Shown piece after piece: positions 51,691 to 63,767 of a stretch of 64,000 bases of DNA. Under the pieces are notes generated by a model. That model had not been told where the DNA came from, searched no databases, and saw only the letters and a list, made by a program, of their open reading frames with translations. Origin of the DNA: Chiloscyllium plagiosum (Eukaryota). Made by a program: the position numbers and the translations under genes. Position 1 is the first letter of the stretch; each line of letters opens with the position of its first letter. Location of the stretch: positions 11,734,941 through 11,798,940 of the forward strand of contig NC_057720.1 in NCBI RefSeq assembly GCF_004010195.1, given 5' to 3'.

Positions 51691-53409
51691 GTATAACGTG
51701 TATCTTTTCCCAGCAATAATCAAGTTCCAGTGCTACCAGATGTGATAATGATTCCAATGAACTTGGTTTTTCTTAAGCTCATAATAAATAGAGGCAGGAG
51801 TAGACCATTTGGCCTTTCAAATCCGGTCCATCATTCAGTGCAGTCTCTACTTACCTCCAACGTCACTTGCTTGTCTTCAACCCACCTGCTCCGCGTCCCC
51901 TCCATCCCAACATTCCTTGAATCCCTGAAATGCCATAAGTCCCTTCCAACCTTAAATAGGATGGTTCCATTGCTGGAGCATCCACAAACCGCTGAGGTGT
52001 GGATTGGAAACATTCACAACCTTTTGGGTGAGGACATTTCTTCTCAACTCAATGCTGATCTGAAGCCCCAACCACATCTCCGTTTTTCAAGATTTCCCAG
52101 TCAGGGATAACGACCTCTCAGCGTTCACTCTGTCAAGCCCCTTCAGAATTGTCTGCATTTCAATGAGATTTCCTCTCTAGAGCAGATAGACCCAATTTAC
52201 TCAGCCTGGGAAACAATTTTGCAAACTTTTGTTTTTCCGTGCTCCAGGGCAAGTATCTAATTCCTTACGGGGGCTCTTTTGGCACAGTGGTAAAGTCTCT
52301 ACCTCTGGCCCAGGAGGGTTAGGTTCACGTTCAAGCTCCAGAGGTTGTCATAACACATCTGACAACTGCACAAAACCTTAGTTAGGCCATAGCTGGAGTA
52401 CAGTGTGCAGTTCTGGAACCCACGTCATAGGAGGGATGTGACTGGAGTACTGGACTGAAGCATGCAGAGAAGGTTTGCCAGGATGGTGCCCAGGGTTGCA
52501 GACTTCCAATTATGGAGAAAGATTGTGTTGTTCTCCTTGGGGCAGAGGAGATTGAGAAGGGACATGATTGAGATATGTAAAGCTGTGAGCATTGAGTGAT
52601 CATTGACCAGGGAGCATAGATTAAGATAAGAGGCAGAAGACTGAGAGGGAAAGTGAGCAGAAATGTTTTAACCAGAGGGTGATGGGAGTCTGCAACTCAC
52701 CGCCTGTGAGGGTGGGAGAGGCATAAATCCTCATCACATTGAAGAAGCATTCAGATGTACATCTGCAATGCCAAGACACACAAGGCTATGGGCCAAGTGG
52801 GATTAGAATAGTGAGGTAGTTGTTTGTGACTGACACAGACACAATGGGCCGAAAGGCCTTTTTCTGTGATGTAGACTTCCATGACCCTAGGACATCATAG
52901 TATCTATATCCATTCCTTACAGAGACAGGTGCTGTGGTAGTGTCGCTACCTTTGACAGAGGATTCAAGTCTGACATGGTCTAGAAGTGTGTAATAACATC
53001 TCTGAACAGATTGATTAGAAAATTATCTTTAATTCCTAAAGTATGGAAGTTGTGGTCACACACGGTATTTCAGCTTGGTCTCACCAAAAGCATTTGGGTC
53101 AGTTCCCAGTTGCCATCTTGAATTGCTGCAGTCCATTTGGTGTAGATATCCCCACAATGCTGGTAGGGAGGGAGTTCCAGCAGATTTACCCAGCAACACT
53201 GAGGTAATGGTGATATATTTCCAAGTCAGGATGGTGTTTGAATTGCATGAATAGGTGCCTAAGTAGCTTTGGTGAATTTCTATAGTGCATCTTGTAGGTG
53301 GTATACTCTATTGTTACTGAACAATGGCACTGGAGGGAGTAGTTGTTTGTGAGCGTGCTGTCATCAAGTAGACCACTTTGTTCACGATGGTGTCAAGCTT
53401 CTTCAGCGT

Positions 53410-53720
53410 TTAGATTAGATTCCCTACAGTATAGAAGCAGGCTGTTCAGCCCAACAAGTCCACACCAACCCTCCAAAGACTAACCCACCCAGACCCATTC
53501 CCCTACCCTATATTTACCCCTAACTAATGCACCTGACACTATGGGCAATTTAGCATGGCCAATTCACCTGGCTTGCACATCTTTGGATTGTGGGAGGAAA
53601 CCAGAGCATCCAGAGGAGACAGGGAGAATGTGCAAACTCCACACAGACAGTCACCCAAGGCTGGAATTGAACCGGGCCCCTGGCACTGTGAGGCAGCAAT
53701 GCTAACCACTGAGCCACTGT
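53410..53720 (-). mobile_element. HE1-like V-SINE
   Basis: SINE motifs. Confidence 0.85.
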
Positions 53721-53840
53721 ATTAGAGCTGCACTCACTCAGACAAGTAGGGAGTATTCCAACACACTCCCGACTTGTGCCTTGTGGACAATGGACAGGCT
53801 TTGAGATGATTTTCTTGCCGCAGTATTCTGAGCCTCTGTT

Positions 53841-54175
53841 CAGAGAGACACAGGGAAAGAGACACACACAGAGAGAAAGAGAGGCAGAGTCACACACAGA
53901 GATACACACAGAGACAGAGAAAGAGAGACACACAGTAGTAGAGAGACACAGAGGGGTGGTGAGAGAAAGAGAGAGCAAGACACAGGCAGAGAGAAACAGA
54001 GATGCAGGGAGAGATGCACAGAGATAGAGACACCGAGAGAGATAGAGAGGCAGAGAGATATATAGAGAGAGAGACAAACACAGAGGTGGTGAGAGAGAAA
54101 AGGCACAGAGGTGATGAAAGAGAACGAGAGACAGAGAGGGAGACAGAGAAAGATGCACAGAAAAAGAAAGGGACA
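53841..54175. repeat. GA/CA-rich low-complexity repeat
   Basis: Visible; source of spurious ORFs 53550-54661. Confidence 0.9.
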
Positions 54176-54474
54176 GTACATATCTCTTAAGCTGGAGCTC
54201 CATTTTCCTGTTTTGAAGAAATATAGGTGACATAATCCTGCCTGATGTTTAAACTTTAAACAAATGACGTAGTTACGATCACATTGTGGAAAGTTGCTGT
54301 ACACAGTGCTGTTGTATTTACAACAGTGACTATGCGTCAAGAGTACTTGAATGTTTTGTAAATCCAAGTTAATTAGTTTAAAATAGGAGGCTGATAAAGG
54401 CAATGAAATTGCAAGCTTGACATTTAACGGTTTTAATTTGTATAAAATCACAGGTTGGCTATTGCAGATAATAG

Positions 54475-54667
54475 CTGGAAATGTGTTGCTGGAAAAGCGC
54501 AGCGGGTCAGGCAGCATCCAGGGAACAGGAGAATCGACGATTCCTGAAGAAGGGCTTATGCCCGAAACGTCGATTCTCCTGTTCCCTGGATGCTGCCTGA
54601 CCCGCTGCGCTTTTCCAGCAACACATTTCCAGCTCTGATCTCCAGCATCTGCAGACCTCACTTTCTC
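54475..54667. mobile_element. Young fold-back PLE mini-element, family A
   Basis: TSD ctattgcagataatag at 54459-54474 and 54668-54683; perfect ~60-bp arms; + core 54544-54571. Confidence 0.82.
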
Positions 54668-54989
54668 CTATTGCAGATAATAGAAAACTGCACAGGTCAA
54701 GGTTCTATTAGCTGTTCACTTTATTCTTTCATACGTTGTGGGCAGCACTGGCAAGGCCAATATTTGTTGTCCATCCCAAATTACTGCTGGACAGGACGGC
54801 TTGTTCAGTCATTTCCGACAGCAGTTAAGAGTCAGCCACGTTGTTACGGGTCTGGAGACCCATGTGGACCAGACCAGCTGATTTGTTTCCCTAATCATTG
54901 TCAGATAAACCAGATGGTTTTTTAATGACAATGGATAATAGTTCTCATGGTCGCCACCACTGAGACTAGCTTTATATTTCAGATATATT

Positions 54990-55680
54990 TAGGGTTCTTA
55001 GTGTGGTGGAGGAACAGAGGGATCTTGGGGTCTATGTTCATAGGTCTTTGAAAGTTGCCACTCAGGTGGATAGAGCTTGTAAGAAGGCCTATGGTGTATT
55101 AGCGTTCATTAGCAGAGGGATTGAATTCAAGAGTCGTGAAGTGATGTTGCAGCTGTACAGGACCTTGGTTAGGCCACATTTGGAGTATTGTGTGCAGTTC
55201 TGGTCGCCTCACTTCAGGAAAGATGTGGAAGCTTTGGAGAGGGTGCAGAGAAGATTTACCAGGATGTTGCCTGGAATGGAGAATAGGTCGTATGAGGATA
55301 GGTTGAGAGTGCTAGGCCTTTTCTCATTGGAACGGCGAAGGATGAGGGGTGAATTGATAGAGGTTTATAAGATGATCAGAGGAATAGATAGAGTAGACAA
55401 TCAGAAACTTTTTCCCCGGGTACAACAGAGTGTTACAAGGGGACATAAATTTAAGGTGAAGGGTGGAATGTATAGGGGAGATGTCAGGGGTGGGTTCTTT
55501 ACCTAGAGAGTGGTGGGGGCATGGAATGCGCTGCCTGTGGGAGTGGTAGAGTCAGAATCTTTGGTGACCTTTAAGCGGCAATTGGATAGGTACATGGATG
55601 GGTGCTTAAGCTAGGACAAATGTTCGGCACAACATCGTGGGCCGAAGGGCCTGTTCTGTGCTGTATTGTTCTATGTTCTA
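54990..55680 (+). mobile_element. Young CR1 3' fragment (same subfamily as 24735-25838)
   Basis: ORF 55003-55506 is nearly identical in translation to part of ORF 24793-25896. Confidence 0.9.
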
Positions 55681-55981
55681 GATGTTATTCATGAAATTTA
55701 ATTCTGCTGTGGTGGGATTTGAACCCATGTCCCTGGATTATTAAACAAACTGTGTAGCAGATACAATGGGCCAAATGGCCTCCACCTGTGCCTCAAAACC
55801 TCCTGTAGTTGTGTGATTAGCCTGGGGTTTTTGGACCTTAGTGACATTACCAGTGAAAGACACTGTCTTCCCCTACCTGAACAAATCAGTCTTGTTATAA
55901 CCCTCACTTTTAACATTCTTCAGGATAACCTGAGTACATTTGGATTGAATTGTCCTCTCGTGTGTGTCTCTCCTTCTGAAG

Positions 55982-56095
55982 GAAACAACCATCACTGAGA
56001 TCAAACGCCGTTTGATGCAGCTCCCAGACGCCCAAGGGTTTGTCATTGACGGATTCCCCAGGGATGTTGCTCAAGTGTTGTCCTTCGAGGACCAG
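55982..56095 (+). CDS. AK5: AK5 coding exon 5 (ETTITEIKRRLMQLPDAQGFVIDGFPRDVAQVLSFEDQ)
   Basis: ctgaag acceptor; 114 nt; CAG|gtatg donor. Adenylate kinase signature IDGFPR. Confidence 0.95.
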
Positions 56096-56591
56096 GTATG
56101 GAGCTCTTTACTGTGTTTCTCCTTGGCAGGGCTATCACCAAGGATTGTGAGAACATGAGAAATACAGATGGATACATTTCTCGGTATTATGGAGCTTACA
56201 GGAAAATAACATGGAGGTAGAAGATCAGCCTTGATTTAGTTAAATGGCTGGCAGAGGACACTTTTCTTAATATTTATTCACAGGATGAGGGTGTTGCTGG
56301 CTAGTCCAGCATTTATTACCCATCCCTAATCACCCAGAGGGCAGTTAAGAGTCAACCACATTGCTGTGGGTCTGGAGTTACATGTCGGCCAGACCAAGTA
56401 AGGAGGCAATTTCTCTTCCTAAAGGACGAGATGGGTTTTTCTGACAATCAGTTCGTGGTCATCAGTAGATTCCAGATTTCTGTTGAATTCACGTTCCACC
56501 ATCTGCAGTGGCAGGATTCAAAGCCAGGTCCCTAGAACGTTGTATGGGTCTCTGGATTAACACTCCAGGGGTAATGACACTCCCCTTAAAG

Positions 56592-56760
56592 TCGATAAAA
56601 TGTGAAGTTGGAAAGGCACAGCAGGTCAGACAACAACAGAGGAGCAGGAAAGTCAACGTTCTGGGTCTGGACCCTTTAACAGGACTAGCCAGCTGTGCTT
56701 TTCCAGGTTCACATTTTATCAACTTGGACCTGCAGCATCTGCAGTCATTACTATCTCCAA
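56592..56760. mobile_element. Older fold-back PLE mini-element
   Basis: Degenerate inverted arms; TSD ccccttaaag at 56582-56591 and 56766-56775. Confidence 0.6.
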
Positions 56761-56904
56761 GCCTACCCCTTAAAGCCTTGCCTTGATGCTCCTATGCTCC
56801 TGGTATTAGGAGGAGGAACCCTTCATTCCATCCTGGGCTTTTAACAACCTTCGCAGTGATTCAAAGACTCCCTCCCCCCAGTCATTAACACGCACCTTCT
56901 AATG

Positions 56905-59675
56905 TAGCAACACAGAAACAGACCCTTCGGTCCAACTCGCACGTGCCGACTGGATATCCTAACCTAATCTAATCCCATTTGCCAGCACATGGCCCATATC
57001 CCTTTAAACCCTACCCATTCATATTTCCATCCAGATGCATTTTAAATGCTGTAATTGTACCAGCCTCCACCACTTCCTCTGGCAGCTCATTCCATACACA
57101 CACCGTTCTCTGTGTGAAAACGTTGCCCCTTAGGTCCTTTTTAAATTGTTAACCTCTCACTCTAAACCTATGCTCTCTAGTTCTGGACTCCCCCACCCCT
57201 ATCCTATCCATGCCCCTCATGATTTTATAAACCTCTAAGGTCACCTCTTAGTCTCCGATGCTCCAGGGAAAACAGCCCCAGCCTATTTAACCTCTCCCTA
57301 CAGCTCAAACTCCTCCAACTCTGGCAGCATCCTTGTCAATATTTTCTGAACCTTTTTCAAGTTTTACAGCATCCTTCCAATAGGAGGGAGACCAGAATTG
57401 CACACAATTTTCCAAACATGGCCTAACCAATGTCCTGTACAGTTGGAACATGACCTCCCAACTCCTATACTCAATGCTTTGTCCAATAAAGGAAAGCATA
57501 CCAAGTGCCTTCTTCACTATCCTATCTACCTGCAACTCTACTTTCAAGGAACTATAATCCTGCAGTCCAAGGTTTCTTTGTTCAGCAACACTCCCCAGGA
57601 CCTTGCCATTAAGTATATAAGTCCTGTTCTAATTTGCCTTTCCAAAATGCAACTCCTCACATTAATCTAAATTAAACTCCATCTGCCACTCCTCAGCCCA
57701 TTTGCCCATCTGATCAAGATCCCATTGTATTCTGAGGTAACCTTCTTTGCTGTCCACTACACCTCCAATGTTCACATCAAAACCATTTATATAAATGATG
57801 AAAAGTAGTAGATCCAGCACAGATCGTTGTGGCACTCCACTGGTCACAGGCCTCCAGTCTGAAAAACAACCCTCCACCACTAACCTTGCTAACCAGTCGA
57901 CTATGAGGAACCTTGTCAAACGCCTTAATGAAGTCCATATAGATCATATCTACCGCTCTGCCCTCATCACTCCTCTTTGTTACTTCTTCAAAAACTCAAG
58001 TTTGTGAGACACGATTTCCCACGCACAAAACCATGTTGACTGTCCTTAATCAGTCCTTACCTTTTGAAATGCATGTAAATCCTGTCCCTCAGGATTCCCT
58101 CCAATAACTTGCCCACCACCAATGTCAGGCTCATCAGTCTATAGTTCCCTGGCTTTTCCTTACCACCTTTCTTAAATAGTGGCACATTTTTGCCACCTCC
58201 AGTCCTTTGGCACCTCATCTGTGACTATCGATGATATAAATATCTCAGCAAAGGGCCCAGCAATCACTTCCCTAGCTTCCCACAGAGTTCTAGAGTACTG
58301 GGGATTTATCCACTTTTATGTGTTACAAGACACCCAGCACCACCTCCTCTGTAATACAGACATTTCTCAAGATGTCACCACCTATTTCCCCACATTCTGT
58401 ATCTTCCATGTCTTTCTCCACAGTATCCACTGATGCAAAATACTTGTTTAGTATCTTCCTCCAACTCCTGTGGTTCCACGTATAGGATGCCTTGCTGATC
58501 TATTAGGGGCCCTAATCTCTCCCTAGTTACCCTTTTGATGTTGGAATCTGAAACTAAAACAGGGAACACTGGAGAAACTCAGCAGGTTTGGCAGCATCTG
58601 TGGGGTGAGAAACACAGATAGCATTTCGAATTGACAATTACTCTTCTTCAGATGACATCTTCCCTGAAGAGGAGTCCTATTTGATTCAAAACATTAACTC
58701 TTTTTCCAGTGATGTTGCCCACCATCAATGTGGGGTCCCAGCTTTCATTCCCAGACACAAGACTCTTTCACTTGTGACAATATTCAACCCAAAAATGAAT
58801 CACTAATTCCAATTCGAAGAATCAAAATCTTCTAAAAATTAAAGCAGGGGGCACTTTTGGACAGAACAAATACAGAAATTGCTGGAGAAACTCAGCAGGT
58901 CTGGCAGCGCCTGTGGATAGAGAAACAGTTGACATTTCCCGTCATACCAAACTCAAAATGTTAACTCTTATTCTCTCTGCAACTTTCTCTGTATTTGCCT
59001 CAGATTTCCGGTATCCACAGTCATTCGCTTTTATCTGGAGTTATAGTCATAGAGATGTACAGCACGGAAACAGAACCATCAGTCCAACTCGTCCATAATA
59101 TCCTAAAGAAATCAGGTCCCATTTGCTAGCACTTGGCCCTTATCTCTCCAAACCCTTCCTATTCATATACCCATCCAGATGCCTTTTAAATGTTGCAATT
59201 GTACCAGCCTCCACCACTTCCTCTGGCAGCTCAGTCCATACACACCACCCTCTGTGTGAAAAAGTTGCCCCTCAGATACTCTTCAAATCTTTCCCCTCTC
59301 ACTTTAAACCCATGCTCTTTAGTTTCGGAATCCCCCCGTCCATTTAAAATACCTTCTCTATTTACCCTATCCATGCCCCTCATGATCTTATAAACCTCTC
59401 TAAGGTCACCTCTCCGCCTCTGACGCTCCAAGGAAAACAGCCCCATCCTAGTCAGCCTCTCCCTGTAGCTCAAACCCTCCAGCCCTGGCAACATCCTTCT
59501 AAATCTTTTCTGAACCCTTTCAAGTTTCACAACATCCTTCCGATAGGAAGGAGACCAGAATTGCACACAATATTCCAAAAGTGGCCTAACCAACGTCCAG
59601 TACAGCCGCAACATGACCTCCCAACTCCTGTACTCAATACTCTGGTCAATAAAGGTAAACATACCAAATGCCTTC
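56905..59675 (-). mobile_element. CR1 fragments (56905-58540; 59045-59675) with family-D PLE pieces at ~58553-58710 and ~58862-59030
   Basis: CR1 RT motifs; gctggagaaactcagcaggtctggcagcatctgtgg motif also at ~5680, 6750, 20160, 63420. Confidence 0.75.
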
Positions 59676-59913
59676 ACTTCCCCGACAAAAGGGAAATATG
59701 TACAATTCTCTCCTTCCTTGGTGATTGGACAGTTGTGGCTTCTGGAATTGAGTTAAGCTCCTTGTTGGCTGATGGGATAATGGGACAGATCAGTGAAGAT
59801 TGAATTGGCAGGCTTGTGGGATTGGGTTCTGCTGATTCTTTGAATAGGCCTTTCATTCGGCTTCAACGAGCTCCTTTTCTCTCTCCCTCTCTTTTTAAAC
59901 CTAACTTCAACAG

Positions 59914-60105
59914 ATCTGCACCCCAGATTTAGTCGTGTTCCTGGCCTGTGCGAGTCACCAGTTGAAAGAGCGGCTGGAAAAACGGGCAGCACAACAGGGT
60001 CGCCCTGACGACAATCCCAAAGCCATCCAGAGACGACTGACCACCTTCAAACAAAACACCATCCCATTGGTCAAGTATTTCCAGGAAAGGGGGCTGATTG
60101 TCACG
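59914..60105 (+). CDS. AK5: AK5 coding exon 6 (ICTPDLVVFLACASHQLKERLEKRAAQQGRPDDNPKAIQRRL...GLIVT); gene continues beyond window
   Basis: ctaac branch-like motif at 59901, aacag acceptor; 192 nt; ACG|gtaag donor. Short-LID motif R..GRPDD...RRL. Confidence 0.95.
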
Positions 60106-60505
60106 GTAAGCATTCTTGTATGAAATCCTCTGAACATGGAGATGTCTAAAGCCATCATTATTCATCTTGGCTTCTGATTCTGTGCTGTCCCTGAAACATC
60201 GGTACCCTTCTGCTGTAAGCTTTCATGGTGTAATGTGGGATCTTCCCTTGCACCAATAGAATACCACACTTCCTACATCACAACACCCATATCTATATGT
60301 TTCAGAGAGTTTAGGTCTGTACTCATTGCAGCTCAACAGAATGAGAGGTGACCTTATTGAGATTCTGAGGGGATTTGGCAGGGTAGATGTGGGAAGGGTG
60401 TTTGAGCGGTCAGCATCAAGCAGATAAAGGGTTTCAGTTGTCGTCTGACCTTGTGTCTTCTTTCCTCCTCCTCCCTCCACACCCTGTGCTGAGGTTAGCT
60501 CTCAG

Positions 60506-61134
60506 GAGATGCTGAGGACTGCAGATGCTGGAGATCAGAGTTGAAAGGTGTGATGCTGGAAAAGTACAGCAGGTCAGGCAGCATCCGAGGAGCAGGAGAA
60601 CCAACGTTTCGGGCATAAGCCCTTCATCAGGAATGAGAGTTGGGGGTTAGTGGGGAAGGGGGCTGAGAGATAAATAGGAGGGGGGAGTGTGGGGCTGGGG
60701 GGAAGGTAGCTGGGAAGGTGATAGGTAGATGCAGGTGGCGGGGTGATGGTGATAGGTCAGAGGGGAGGGTGGAGCGGATAGATGGGAAGGAAGATGGACA
60801 TTTCGGACAGTTCAAGAGTGCGGTGCTGAGCTGGGGGGCTGGAAATGGGATGAGGTTGGAGAGGGGAGATGAGGAAACTGGTGAAACCGACATTGATCCT
60901 GGGTCCCAAGGCGGAAGATGAGGCGTTCTTCCTCCAGGCGTTGGGTGGCTAGGATTTGGTGATGGAAGAGGCCAAGGACTTGCATATCCTTGACGGAATG
61001 GGAAGGGGAGTTCAATTCTCAGCCCCCTACCCCACCCCACATTCTTGATGAAGGGCTGATGCCCGAAACGTCAATTCTCCTGCTCTTCGGATGCTGCCTG
61101 ACCGGCTGTACTTTTCCAGCACCACATTTTTCAA
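60506..61134 (-). mobile_element. 5'-truncated Neptune-like PLE with GIY-YIG C-terminus, 3' pLTR and inverted 5' pLTR
   Basis: NSPSHSVKDMQVLGLFHHQILATQRLEEERLIFRLGT; TSD ctgaggttag(c/g)tctcag at 60489-60505 and 61135-61151; cores at ~60603-60632 (-) and ~61045-61072 (+). Confidence 0.82.
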
Positions 61135-61724
61135 CTGAGGTTAGGTCTCAGCCTGTAAACCTGTATCTCCACGTACTCTGTTACTACTACAGTTCTAAAG
61201 TGATCCCTGCTTTGCAACCTTGGCGATTTTCTTGGAATCGTGAAAGGAGTCCATTCGGCTCACCATGGTTCTACTAGCTCTGTGAAAACATAGTCCAATC
61301 TTCATCTCCCCACCCCGACTCTGAACTTGCCCCCAAAGCCCTGCATTTTACTTCTTCCTTCTCAAGTCCGGTTCTCTTTCCACATCCCACTTACAGGAAG
61401 CTGCTCTGAGATCGTAAGAGCATAAATACCTTTGTTTCTTCCCCAGGTTCCCTCAGGCTTTCACCAAAGCTTCTTAATTTAAAATGTTTCATCTCCAAAC
61501 ACTATCTCAGTCCAGTGCAAATGATTCAGCAGATGATTAAGGAAAGTGTTAAATGACAAGATTTTAAATGGAGTAGGAGCAGTGGTCATTGAAGATGGAG
61601 ATGTAATATATGATAATGCCATAGAAAGTAATCCTTCCTTTCACATCAAAAGACTTATGATATCAAAACATGGGGTCAATGTTGTTGGTATTTAAATGTT
61701 TTCTTCAGTTTTGCACACTTAGAG

Positions 61725-62400
61725 TCCTAGAGTCATAGAGATGGACAGCACGGAAAGAGACTTTTCAGTCCAACTCGTCCATGCCAACCAGATATCCTAA
61801 ATTAGTCTGGTCCCATTTGCCAGCACGTGGCCCAAATCCAATTAAACCCTTCTTGTTCAAATAAATGCTGTAATTGTACCAGCCTCCACCACTTTCTCTG
61901 GCAACCCAATCCATACACGTACCACCCTCTGCATGAAAAAGTTACCCCTTAGGTCCCTTTTAAATTTATCCCCTCACACCCTAAATCTATGCCCTCTAGT
62001 TCTGGACTCCCCCCACCCAAGGGAAAAGACCTTGTCTATTCACCTTATCCGTGCCCCTCATAATTTTATAAATCTCTATAAGGTCATCCCTTAGCATCCG
62101 CGCTCCAGGGAAAACAGCCCCAGCTTATTCAGCCTCTCCCGATAGCTCAAATCCTCCAAAACTGGCAACTGTACCCTTTCAAGTTTCACAACATCCTTCT
62201 GATAACAGGGAGACCAGAATTGCATGCAATATTCCAAAAGGGGCCTAACCAATGTCCCGTCCAGCTGCAACATGTCCTTCCAACTCTTATACTCAATGCT
62301 CTGACCAATAAAGAAAGGCATACTAACCACCTTCTTCACTGCCCTATCTACCTGCGACTCCATTTTCAAGGAACTGCACTCCAAGGTCTCTTTGTTCACT
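61725..62400 (-). mobile_element. CR1 3' fragment
   Basis: ORF 62091-62399 LVRPLLEYCMQFWSP. Confidence 0.85.
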
Positions 62401-63767
62401 TTAGGAAAGACTGGTACTGAAAAACCTGGGACTGCTGTCCTCAGAAAAGAGAAGGCTGAGAGGCTTTAATTTGATTTGGTTTGATTTATTGCTGTCACGT
62501 GTGCTGAGGTACAGTGAAAAGTTTTACATACTTTACAGGCAGATCCTACTATACCAGTGCATCAGGGTAACAGAACACAGTGCAGGATATGACTTTACAG
62601 CTGTGAAAAAGTGCAGATAGAGATCAATATTAACCTTTAAAGACATCCATTCGAAAGGCTGATAAAAGTGTGAATGGGGCTGTTCTTGCATCTGCTTGTA
62701 CCTGTATTCAGACTTTTATATCTTCTGCCCAATGGAAGAGGATAGAGAAGGGTATAACTGGGGTGGGAGGGGTCGTTGATTACGTTTGTGTGATGGACGG
62801 GACTGTTTTCACAGCTCTGTGTAGTAGTCCAGTTGAAATCTCATTAGAGGAATTCAAAATCCTGATTGTGTCTGGATTGACTCAGTTGTTCTCACACTCC
62901 CTTGAATGGATCGAGAGTGAGAGGGTGCAGACTTAAAATATTGGCCAAAGAAACCACAGGAGGAAACGCTTTTTCATGGAATCTAGTTGGTTGGATCTGC
63001 AGTGCACTGTCTGAATGAGGTGGAGGCAGGTTCAATTGAGGCATTCGAAAGGGAATTAAATGGTAATTTGAAATGAAAGAATGTACCAGGTTATGGGAGA
63101 AAGCGAGAGATTGGCATTCAGGGAATTGGAGAGCTGATACATATACAATGGGCCCAATGGTCTCCTCCTGCATTGTATTAATCCTGTGATTCATTGTGCA
63201 GCACTTTTCATGTTATTCAGATGCTCCAAAGCACTCAGATCAGATAACAAAAAGCTTACACAAAATGATAGTATCTCAAAGGTGGAAAACAAGATGGCGA
63301 GGTACATAGAGGGTATACTCGAGCTTGGTGAATTGGCACCTGGATAGTGCTTGTGGAGAGAAAACCAGTGAATTTTTCAGTTCTGGTGAAAAGTCATTAA
63401 CCCAAACCTGTTTCTCTCTCTGCAGCTGCTGCTGCCTGGCCTGATGAGTATTTCCAGCATTTTTTTGGTTTTGTTTCAGATTTCCAGTTTTTGCAATATT
63501 TTCCTTCTGACTCACAATGGAATGCTTCCATTCTTGCATGGAATGTGAGTGTCATTGGCAAGGCCAGCAATTCACTGCTCTTTTCCAGTTATGTTAAGGT
63601 GATGCTGTAGATGCACTTCAAGCGCTGTTTAGGATTCTGACCCAGTGACACTGAAGGAACGGTGATATATTTCCACATCAGAATCGTGAGTGGCTTATAA
63701 TGGAACTTGCAGGGGAGTGGTTTTCCTATATATCTGCTGCGCTTAATCTTCGGTTAGCCATGATGTG

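Noticed and set aside
53550..54661. 227-aa and 273-aa ORFs
   Set aside because: Composed of GA/CA low-complexity sequence plus SINE and PLE sequence.
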